Positions 53,717 through 64,000 of a DNA stretch of 64,000 nucleotides are shown piece by piece (the first letter of the stretch is position 1; the number at the start of each line of letters is the position of its first letter). A program made the position numbers and the translations under genes. Source of the DNA: Lingula anatina (lineage: Eukaryota; Animalia; Brachiopoda); assembly GCA_051362555.1 (NCBI GenBank), contig CM120647.1:18762651-18826650 (forward strand). The letters are read 5' to 3'. The notes under the pieces are model-generated. The model saw only the letters and a list, made by a program, of their open reading frames with translations, did not search any database and had not been told where the DNA came from.

Positions 53717-56431
53717 ATGTGGTCACTGCAAACCTATACTGGTATCATCGCACTGCTTCTGTGCGTGTTGGACAGACCTGTGACAGGTACTGTATATTCA
53801 TATCTTATAAACATCTATAGAACATCTACCTTAACCAAATGCTATCTATACATGTATGTCTCCACCATTGCAAATTAACATGCCCCTAACAAAAATGAAT
53901 TAATTTGTACTCTTCTATAATAAATTAATTTGGGAATCTTTTTTCACATAGTATGAATATCGTTATTGCCAATTATAAATATCATAGCTTCACATATTAA
54001 AAATTGATATTTAATACTCATTAAGATCAGTTGCGTTAAATAATATATGTTATATGTATGGGTCGACATTAATTATTACACTTTTTTGTATTTATGGGGT
54101 TGCAAAGAGTCCTTGGGTGACGCATCAGTAAACTTGAAGATTCATGTCAATTCACCGTATAGATGTTTAAGATAATATTATTATATTTACTGATGCATCA
54201 CTGAAGATCTACTTTACATATGACATATGAATATAATCCTAGCTTTCGACCGCACAATCACCGAAGAAGGCCTAGAGGCCGAAATTTGGATTAAATATGT
54301 CATCTGTAACGTAGATCTTCAGAGATGCATCAGTAACAATACTTATATTGCATCATTAAACTGCTGCGCATGCATCAAGAGCCCAGCTTCTTTTGCCTCA
54401 CATGAGTATTAATACGTTTACAAGTCTGCAGTGCACTAGGCAAATCTCCATATAAGCTTAAGTTACGCGTAGTGAATATTTGAAATCACATGAAAGTAGT
54501 GTTGTACATTGTTATTTTATTTACGCATGTTCTTTGATTTCTAAAATCTTCATGTTTCAAATTGTTTTTTCCCCTGTCAATACCGCATGTGTGCAGCGCA
54601 TGTGTGCTCGGTCGTCACCTTGATTGGACAGCGAAACCACATAGGTTGTATTCCCAGAGCTTTTAGATCGATCTATCCCCGCGGGGAGTCTCACTAGATT
54701 ATTGTCAGATAATCCGGCTTAAATGTCCGTCCCGCCTACTACAAGCTGTAAGGGGGTAATTAACTTTCGTGTCCGCTCGGCTGACAGCTATTTAGCGTGA
54801 ACCCCCAGGGAGTTAGGTCGATCTAAAGTAGATCGATCTAATCTCTGGAAATGGGGTCTTAAAGACCACATAGAACAAATTATGAATGCCACACAAGCCT
54901 ACCATAGTGAAAAAAAGATTAAAAACGTACTTAACATTTTTAAACGAATTTCATAAAATTTCCATTTACCAGTATTCCCCACAGAACCTACTGAATAAAT
55001 ACAGAAAAAATAATAAAATAAAATAATAATAATAAATAAAAACTCTAAATATGCCCGATCAAAGAATTTTGATAACATATAAACGTACATAAAACCACCT
55101 ACAAACCAAGTTAGTTAGCATTTAATTCAACAGCTCATAGTTGCACCGTCCCATTCTTCGGTTGTAGTGTACATTGGACAAGGTTTCGGCATGACATCCG
55201 CAAATAAATTTAAATTGTAAAGGCAGTAAGAGGTTTAATTTTTTTGCCTTTAACTGTCTCGTTTTAAATCTTAATTTTCATTTTAATTATCATTTTCATA
55301 CGAGATGTTTTCTTGTAATATCGCAGTTATTATAATTGTTATTATTATTGTTATTGTTGTCGTTATTATTTAACATTTATATCACTTTTAAGAGCTCGGG
55401 TAGAATCTAATTTATGATGTATGTTTGACATGTATATTAGCTAAATAAATTATTATTATTAAAAATTCACTCTTTGAAACCCCCTAAAAACCACTGCCCA
55501 ATTATGTAATCAATTTTTGTTTCATATTATGCTTCCATTAATGACTTTTACTATTTTAGGAGATTATCTGCACTACATACGTTTACATTGAATCTTGAAT
55601 TTTATCTCTGTTCTTTGCCAATCAACCAGTCAGTCTGTTTGTCTAGTCTGTGTTAATTTTTTCACCGTCCAGAATGAAATTCCAATTTGTGATGCTTTGT
55701 GTCTATTACAAGATTTAATAAATTAGAAATCTAAAAGTAAAAAATCAGGTTCATCAATTGCAATTCTGTGGCAATAGTGTTCAATTAAATTTTCAGTTTT
55801 TTTTTTGTTTTGCTACATAAATGTCAACTCGAACAATCAGTCATGTTATTGTAAATACCTGGCAGATTTTCAAGTTTACATTGTCAGCCATCTAATGTTT
55901 TCTGTCGGAAGACGGTCAAAAATGGAGGATGGTAACAAAGATAATTTGGAAGACTGTCAGAAAATATCTCTGGATCCGCCCCTGGACGATAATAACATGC
56001 AACGTATTTATATCATTTCAGGATCACACTTCAGGTTTGCCACGATCAGCTGTAGACCTGGTCCGAATAATGCACTTGAGGTAAGTTGTGCACTTTCGTT
56101 TCCAGGGGTTAGTCATTTTTGAATAAGTTATTTCGGCCTAAATTATACAAAGTTAAGTAAAGTTCAATCTAATACCGCACTCCAGATGCGTCTCAGCGCG
56201 GTAAAAAATGGACGCCTGGTCAATGTTGGTCCTGTTACAGGCTGGGTATTAACCCCCTGGCTTCCAAAGCCAGTACCCGTATGATACGCCCAATTTAGCG
56301 CCCAATCTATCATTGCCTGAACGGTCCGCTTTGCTGTCTAACTAAGAAATTAAAAACATTCATGTGCTCATTCATATTTTTCAAAAGCATTTATTGTGTA
56401 AATATTGCAACTGTATATTTGCTGCCTTTAG

Positions 56432-56472
<41 letters not shown>

Positions 56473-56551
56473 GGTTATTGATACTTTATCTTATTGGTGA
56501 GGCTTATTATATATATATATATATATCTATATATATATATATATATCTATA

Positions 56552-56599
<48 letters not shown>

Positions 56600-59500
56600 T
56601 CTTGATACTTTGTTGGTGAGACTCAGTTCATTGCATCCATGTTGTAGTATCACAACTCTTGTATCATGAGCAATTATTTAGATCAGTATATATATGTACA
56701 CTAAAGTTTTGGGCTGTGAGTTCGGACCTTATTTAATATTTGAAGCCAGTTCTCGTTTGATGCACTATGATGATGATGATAATAATAACAATAAATTTAT
56801 CTTAAACTTAAATCCATTTTAAAATGTACGATAGACATTACATCAATACAAGTATTCATGTACTTAGGACAAAGACGCCAGTTACGTTTTGTATCTCGAT
56901 CCACAGATCACTAAGGAGAGTCGTAGAAGGTTATGGGGAAGGCAAATTTTATAGTCGCTTTGCTGCAACCCTAAAATATAGATTTACTTCTTCAACAGGG
57001 TCCCTGGTACCAGTGTTATAAATATATTGCTGCCCCATTAATTGCAGTCTGTGTATTTTCATCTAACAAACTTAACCAACTTTATAATCCCATGGACTTT
57101 ATTGAGTTCAAGATGTAAATGCAAAGACACTTGCGTATAAGAACATAATTAATATTATATCGTCGGTATGTACAGTATATGTATTGTTAGGCTTAGGCCT
57201 GTATCTAGGTTTATTTGAAAGTACTGATCCTCCTGGTGTAAAGTAGAATATTGAAAGGCCTTCAGTTTGAATTTCATCAATACAAATCTTATTTATAATC
57301 GACTCTGTTAGTTATTGATATTGATATAAACTTTCTCCATCTTTACCCAGATGATATGCGAATGGCGATCTGCCTGGAGATTAACCTATGGCCCATGTGG
57401 GTACCCCTGCACGCAAGCTAATGTAGGACAACTTTCCTCCGGATATTTCGGTTATTGGCAGTGTACCGCTGGTAAGAGTTACTTACCGCAGATATACTAA
57501 CAAATTGGGTTGCACGATTTCAACATTGTAATGTATAGTTTGGTCAAAGCAGAGTTCTCAAATATGACATCACAATGATACCTTAAAAGCGCATTCAGAA
57601 CAAATTGATCTGCAAAACTAACAGATCCGGGATCAAATAGGCCGACCCTCTTTAAAGCAATGTGGATATATGCCCTGATTGCCTCCCCACCTCAACACGC
57701 GCCGTCCCTGCAGGGGACTAGAAAATCTCTGGGCCGAGATTTAATCCGTTTCATTGCGCATGTGGAGGCCGGAGACCATCAGGGGATAAGGGGGCTTGTT
57801 TTTAATGCATTCGGCCATATGTCGCCCACGGATAATATGATCTGAATGCAACCTAAGTGGTTTTCCTTTATCCATAAATTAAGGCTGCGGATTTACTACG
57901 AACCTTGCTCAACATCGATACTACGTCACAGGAGTGGACCCCGTTGACAACTGGCAACAGGGGAGAAATGACTTCTCTATTACCTTGCCAGGCCCTGGCG
58001 TGTTTCAAATCAGGTAAGGTATTTTGCTTGCCTTAATTCAATTCACCCCCATCTCCATCTACCCTAGCTCAAATGTGCCTTTCTACTCCTTTTCTTGCTC
58101 TACTAGTACCTATCACGAACACACTCACGTACGTGCACATACACTCACTCACAAGGAGAGAAAGGTAAGCACAGTATTTATGGATTCGAAGAAAAGTCTG
58201 AGGGTAACCTGACTACAGACTGATAAGTATTATATAAAAATGTAACATATTTCTTTCTGTCAGCATTGCTATCTGTTTTGTGTCTGTAAATTTGACATCT
58301 TTTTGGTCGTGGTCATTGACCTTCCACATATTCCAAGCACTGTTATGTTATGTTATGTTATGTTATGTTATGTTATGTTATGTCACCAATGGCTCTGTAC
58401 AAATGAACTGGTCCGCTGCAAACTCAAGTTTATTCTCTTACAAATTTACGGCATATTAGCAGCGGTACAAAGTTTCTTTTCGTGACTCGCGGTGTCCATT
58501 TTCACACATCAGGTATGCGAGCTGTTGCTGGGTATCGTTGGCCAACGGAGGGGGAAGCTATGATATTTTCACCGAATACAATGCTGGCATTCGAAGCGAC
58601 ACTGGTACACCGAATTCAAGCCCAATAACCACAAGCAACCCCCTTGTTAAGTAAGTAAAATGTTGGCCTTGTACAGATGTAACTGAAGAAAAAAAATATT
58701 ACTTGTGTCCAAATTGAATACCTGTTTTTCCTCGATTGATGTAATCCGAACATTTTGTCCAAGAGCACGCAACATTCAGAAAAGTTTGAAACTTCAGGTG
58801 GGAGGGAAGCGCCGGGGTATGTTTGTGCGTTTGAGTTATACATAAACAACTGTACTTCTTTACTTCTATAAAATATTCAGGCTTTCGACGCGTTAATCTA
58901 GTGAAAAAAGTGAATGCAAACGCATGGAACACAACTTGACGAGAATTTTGTTGCTGTCTGTTTGACATATTCAGTTTCAAGAAGCTTTAAAGTGATTACG
59001 AGATATTGAATTAAACAGCGAGTTTTAATAAAACTGATGGTCATATTTCTTACCTCTGGAACTTGAATGTTGCATTATACTACTAAAAAAATTCCAATAA
59101 AGAGGAAGACAAAAATACGGCGAATTATTATAATAATAATACTAATAATAAGTTTATTATTATCATTAGCATGGATGTTTCATGTGGTTATCGATTCGAC
59201 ATCCCATATGCTGATCCAGATGGAGATATAGTCAGATGCCGATGGGCAGTACCACCCGAGTGTGGTGGCATCTGTACACCATTGCCAGGGGCAACTTTGT
59301 ATCCAGTACGTAAGCGCTCTCTTAGGCCCCATTCAGAACAGATAATCCACGGACTAACTGATCCATGGACTAAATATGGCCGATCCCACTTAAAAGCAAC
59401 TCCGCCTAATCCTTTAATGTTCACCCTGCCTCCACACGGATTAATTCTCGGCTTTAAGTTTTAGTTGCCAGGTCCTTGGCGCGTGGTAAGGCGCAGGGAC

Positions 59501-60987
59501 CATCATGGAGTTGGGCAGCATTGCTTTTAAGTGGGCTCAGGCATATTAAGTCAGCAGATCATATGTTGTGAATACGACCTTAGGGCGCATTCAGTCCAGC
59601 GGAATAGATAATCAGTGGTTCAAATATGGCGACCCACTTAAAAGCTTGTCGTCTATTCCCCTTATAGACAATGAATAGAGCACGCAACAATCATTCAAGT
59701 GGTTCGGCCATATTTGATCCGCTTACTAGTTAGTCCGCTGTTGTGAATGGGCCTTATTCTCATACACAGACACATGTATGCAGCAGAAGCAGACACGCAC
59801 ACACCTTTTTACACATGTATTATTGTCGCACAGTTAAGTTCTTTCACGTCGTAAAATGGCCTGCTCCTTCTTTTGGTCATTTCCAGTAGAAGTACCTTAA
59901 TAATAATAATAATCTAGGCAAACAGTTAGAAACAAACTACTTATATTCTACCCTTTGGTTAGTGAAACTAAATGTATTTTCATCTTCATTTCAGAACTGC
60001 ACTCTAATAATCCCGGCTTCTGCCCGGCCTCTGTACGGTTACAGTCTATATGGAGCAGCAATAATGCTAGAAGACTTCCCGACAACCAGTATAACACAGG
60101 GGGGCGTGCCGAAAGATGGATCGACGCCGCTGTCAAAGGTCCCATTGCAGGTTAGGTAGATAAGCAATAAATACTCAGCCTGACAGCTATTTAGCGTGAA
60201 CAACCAGGGAGTTAGAGCGATCTAGCTGGATCGATTTAAATCTCTGGGAATGCTCTCTTAATGCATCTCTTACCTTTTCTTTCTCAGTTTTGATCTTGTC
60301 TTGCACCTTAATAAGTGCATCAGCTCTGTGCATCAAGGTTTTGATAATGTTGTTCTTCTTTTTCTGTCAGAAGACGAAATATTGGCTGGAAAATATCAGT
60401 TATTTTTTTATAGCTATTAACAAATGAAACTTGGTTAAATTAAAACACATAGCTAATGCAACTGCAGGTTCAACATGAACATAAAAAAGCGCAAGTGGCT
60501 CACTAAGTTTCATCTGGACCCGCTATTATATGTGGCACCTTAATATTATCTTTATGGACATTTCAGTATATAGCTCGAATAAAGGATGGTTGCGACTGTA
60601 ACAACCGGCCAACCTTCACAACTTCATCGGAGACAACAAGTGTAGCTCCTGGGCAGACGTACACGAAAGACATAGTAGCAAGTTCTCCATACGGGTATGT
60701 GAACATATGACTCTCTCGGATTGTTCCATAAGACCACAGCAAGTACGTATATATATATGCATGCATGCGAATGTGTGTGTGTGTGTGTGTGTATGTGTGT
60801 GTGTGTGTGTGTAGGCCCGTAGCCGGGGGGGGGGGGGGGGGGGGTCGGGGGTTTCGAAAGAACCGCCCCTTTTGCTGGGAAAAGGTCCACTCTGGGTAAA
60901 ATTTGATCTAGGTACATGAAGTATATCGGAAAAGGTTCACTTTTTCAGAAAAAGAACCCCCCTTTTGAAATTGCTGGCTACGGGCCT

Positions 60988-61042
<55 letters not shown>

Positions 61043-63191
61043 TTTTGGTTGACAACAAAACCCTAGAGAAGATCGATATATTACATTCAAAATCCACACC
61101 CATGTATGTTATCTTCATAATGTTGACCTCTTTTCACACATGTAGAATAAATGCCATCAACGTCCTTCCACCAACCGGTGCTAATGTGGGTGCAATGGTT
61201 ACAGTTAATAGCATCACGGCCTCGGTGACCATAACTTGGACCCCAACCAGTGCACAGCTCGGGGATACTTTGCTTTGTTACCAAGCCATTGACGGTAACG
61301 GGTAAGTTCAGGCTTATTTACAGGCCGTTCCATAGAAAATAACCGATTTTGAATCAAGATAGAAAGTAAAATATGTCGTATTTTTATAAGCCACCTTGTA
61401 GATCAGGAGTAGTGTAAGTCATGACTTGTCGCACTAAAAAAATGTGATTGGTGTTTTAAGTTATGGTATTATGGTTTCCACACATATATAATGATTTCTG
61501 TTGTAAGATTGCTCATGGCACTATTTAAATAGGACATATCTTTACATATTTACAGTTGTCCTGGTGGTTACCAATGTGATACACTTCAAGTACTGGTACC
61601 AGGTAAGATATTAATCGTGATTTTGATGGTGGTGTGGCAACAACTCAAGGCATACTTGATAGCAGTACGCATTATTTTAAAAGCGTTCACAATTTGTGCA
61701 ATGGTCCAGCGATACATGTATGACTTTTACAATTAGCTTGCTTCACAAAGTTGATTTTTTCTCTTAGTATTATCCTTATGTATATTTTTATATTTGAATC
61801 ATTCTTCTTATGTTGCCAATGAAAATGAGCGATGGATATCGTAACTATTTCGTTGTTTACAAATGTATAATTTTAGATCCAGTCGATGGCGGCTGGTGTC
61901 CATATGGAGAGTGGGGTGATTGCTCCGTTACATGTGAAACTGGAACAGAGACTCGGTCCCGGGTGTGCGAGTGCCCCGAACCCGCCTTCGGTGGGTCCGA
62001 GTGTGAAGGCTCGAGTACTGAGACTAGAACCTGCACTGGGCCTTGTTGCCCAGGTAAGAAAATGTACCCTCCCATTCGCTCTCTCTCACTCTCTCTCTCT
62101 CTCAGTAGAAGGTCACTTTCGAAAATTAGCATGTGTCTCACCGATTTTTAAAGTTATTATATTAAATCAATATTTTTGCGCATTTTGCATGCCATTGGGA
62201 ACATTAAATATCCAAGGAAAGAATTAGAAATGTTAGATAAATAGATAAGTTTTGTTCTGAAAGTCTGGGCAAAGAATTAACATTCATTGGGACCAATTAT
62301 TTAGTGATGATAATTGAATGAAAAAGTAATTACAAAGAAGTTTTTGTTCACAAATGTATAATTTCATCTCCAGTCGATGGCGGCTGGTGTCCATACGGAG
62401 AATGGGGTGATTGCTCCGTTACTTGTGAAAATGGTACACAGACACGATCTAGAGCGTGCGAGTGTCCCGCAACCGAATGCGGTGGCTACGATTGTGAAGG
62501 TTCGAGTACCGAGACTAGAACCTGTACTGGACCTTGTTGCCCAGGTAAGGAAATCTACCTCTCTCTGTCTCTCTTTAATAATGCAAAATGCTTTATTGCC
62601 TGAACCAAGATCAGAGAGCACCGCAAGAGCTTACGCCCTCTCTTTGGTAAAAGACAATAAGAATTCCTTTAAAATTAGATTTGGTCGTAATTATTATCAA
62701 TTGTTTTCCTCGTGAGTACAAGTAATTGTCTGTTATAAAACGAGAAAATGACTCAAGACCTCACGATATTTAACAAACAGACTCGCCATCGCCGATGGAA
62801 GCATTACCTTCTTCTTTGGCAATGGCATGCTGATGCTTTTGTTCCAGTGGACGGTTATCTGAGTAACTGGTTGCCATGGTCTTCGTGTTCTGCTACCTGT
62901 GGATTGCCAGGCACGGTGATTCGCTGGCGCACCAAGGAGTGTATATACCCCGACCCAGATTGTCCTGGGGAGGACTGTGGTGAACTTCCGGTGGAATATG
63001 AAAACTGCACCCAACAGCCTTGTTGTCTAATGATGAACGAATCAGAGAGTTCGCCTTCATTTGAACACGACAGTGGTAAATATTCTGAGTCATTCCACAT
63101 ATCTGAGAAGCACACATTTTGAGTACTTATACGCGAGTGTTTCATTATAAAATTACTGTTGATTTTTTCCGTATTTGGGGATTCCATAGTA

Positions 63192-63245
<54 letters not shown>

Positions 63246-63833
63246 AGGAAGATGTTGATAAGATGTAAATGTAACACAAAATGTGTATGACACTGATGTT
63301 TTTCAAATGTTCACTTTTTTTGTGGAATGTTCCAAGCCACCTGTTATGTTCAGTGGCGGATCCAGAGATATTTTCTGACAGTTTTCCACATTATCTTTGT
63401 TGCGCCATCCCCAATTTTGACCGTCTTCCGACAGAAAAAATTTAGATACCCTTCAATGTAAACTTGAAAATCAGTTCGTCTTCCGGAAGACCCAGAAGAA
63501 GGCCTAAATTCGCCCCTGATGTTTTAAAGTGCATTGTGTACTTCAAACAATATACTGATCCAGCACAAGCTTGCACAAGAGATACTAATGTTGTAAATCC
63601 AACCCAATGAGAATTTTCATTCTATATCCATAAGAATATACTGTATATAACACAAAAATATAAGGTGCCTTCTCTTATGTACTGATTTGTATTTACAGTG
63701 TGATTTTATTTTATTAATTTTTTAGGAAATAGGCTTCACGATATTCGGGTGAATTTTAGGGGTGCTAACACATTTGACAAGTACGTCACCTTTAGGTGTG
63801 GGATTGTACTGATCGAAAGTATCGAAAACTACG
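53717..63833 (+). CDS. Gene B: secreted protein with a Sib/'integrin beta-like'-type Cys-rich ectodomain + 3 TSP1 repeats (3'-incomplete; last exon beyond the window)
   Basis: Fourteen phase-compatible GT-AG exons: 53717-53786 (signal peptide), 56022-56080 (GSHFRFATISCRP), 57351-57471, 57884-58013, 58513-58650 (CCW..RSDTGTPNSSP), 59170-59305 (DPDGDIVRCRWA..ECGGIC), 59995-60150 (LEDF..PLSKVPLQ), 60567-60694, 61146-61301 (WTPTSAQLG..LCYQAIDG), 61556-61602, 61883-62053, 62374-62544, 62848-63075, 63726-63833. This gives 1819 nt of open frame. The family label is from recalled motifs, not a search. Confidence 0.88.
54187..54336. other. 150-bp foldback hairpin with a degenerate hammerhead-ribozyme-like core in the loop
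   Basis: 42-bp arms with 3 mismatches (TTACTGATGCATCACTGAAGATCTACTTTACATATGACATAT and its complement). The loop contains CCGAAGA-AGGCC-TAGA-GGCC-GAAA (54261-54284). Confidence 0.6.
54648..54861. mobile_element. MITE of the same family as the nested element at 383-628 (partial copy also at about 60175-60260)
   Basis: Shares ggggagtctcacta..ccggcttaaatgtc..aggggggtaatta..ctgacagctatttag..agggagttag with that element; terminal arms ttcccagag..tagatcgatcta / tagatcgatcta..ctctggaaa. Confidence 0.65.
55864..55984 (-). mobile_element. Partial inverted copy of the 63351-63518 MITE
   Basis: The reverse complement aligns to about 63351-63471 (caggggcggatccagagatattttctgacag...gaccgtcttccgacagaaaa...aatgtaaacttgaaaatc). 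Confidence 0.75.
56433..56596. repeat. Compound (CT)n/(TA)n microsatellite
   Basis: Direct reading. Other simple repeats: (CT)n 36909-36963, (TTATG)n 58342-58382, poly-A 39572-39620 and 63193-63245. Confidence 0.95.
57586..57853. mobile_element. PIF/Harbinger (Tourist)-like MITE in a gene B intron
   Basis: Arms gcgcattcaga..aaatag gccga / tcggccatat..tctgaatgca, with TWA-type flanks. Confidence 0.6.
59325..59753. mobile_element. Two adjacent PIF/Harbinger (Tourist)-like MITEs (59325-59579, 59583-59753) separated and flanked by TTA
   Basis: TTA|ggccccattca...tgaatacgacc|TTA|gggcgcattca...tgaatgggcc|TTA, with internal palindromic arms (aaatatggc..ccactt / aagtgg..gccatattt). Confidence 0.7.
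60812..60988. mobile_element. hAT-like MITE inserted into a (TG)n microsatellite
   Basis: TIR (T/C)AGGCCCGTAGCC / GGCTACGGGCCTG, an internal poly-G run, and (TG)n on both sides (60772-60811, 60989-61041). Confidence 0.75.
63351..63518 (+). mobile_element. 168-bp MITE with imperfect 15-bp TIRs and a 5-bp TSD (ATGTT)
   Basis: ATGTT|CAGTGGCGGATCCAG...CTAAATTCGCCCCTG|ATGTT. The empty site cctgttatgttttaaag is present in gene A at about 39719-39735. Confidence 0.85.
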
Positions 63834-64000
63834 GTAAGATGAGAATTTGTTATTCGTTTTATCCTTGTCATTTTTTATGTACAGACACAGGTGTGTACAT
63901 ACCGTTAGAGCAATTACTTCGTCTGTCGTCCCCGAAAAATTAAAAATAGCAACTGCAGCAAAAACCAATCTTGTTATAAAACAAAAAGAATCAGATGTAC

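Overview
AT-rich, intron-containing animal (invertebrate-type) genomic DNA, not prokaryotic. Two main components. (1) A tandem segmental duplication carries two + strand paralogs of a secreted Cys-rich protein. Gene B (53717 to beyond 64000, 14 coding exons in the window) encodes a signal peptide, a roughly 355-aa 'SHFR...CCW...NSSP...DPDGD-VRCRWA' ectodomain, TSP1 repeats and a tail. Gene A (35599-40997) has lost the nine ectodomain exons but stays in frame and has extra TSP1 exons. (2) A roughly 30.7-kb insertion upstream of gene A's first coding exon (about 4067-34790) consists of a decayed RTE-clade LINE and a second RTE 5' fragment. That fragment is split at one point by a 27.1-kb head-to-tail array (7350-34495) of about 1.72/1.45-kb non-coding units. 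Each unit carries two tandem minus-strand tRNA-derived Pol III-like cassettes (A/B boxes, T-run terminators), an (AAAT)n-bearing subrepeat and a hairpin that coincides with the array's right end. Many MITEs, a foldback element, microsatellites and a long hairpin with a hammerhead-like core fill the rest. All calls were made by eye; no database searches or folding were run.
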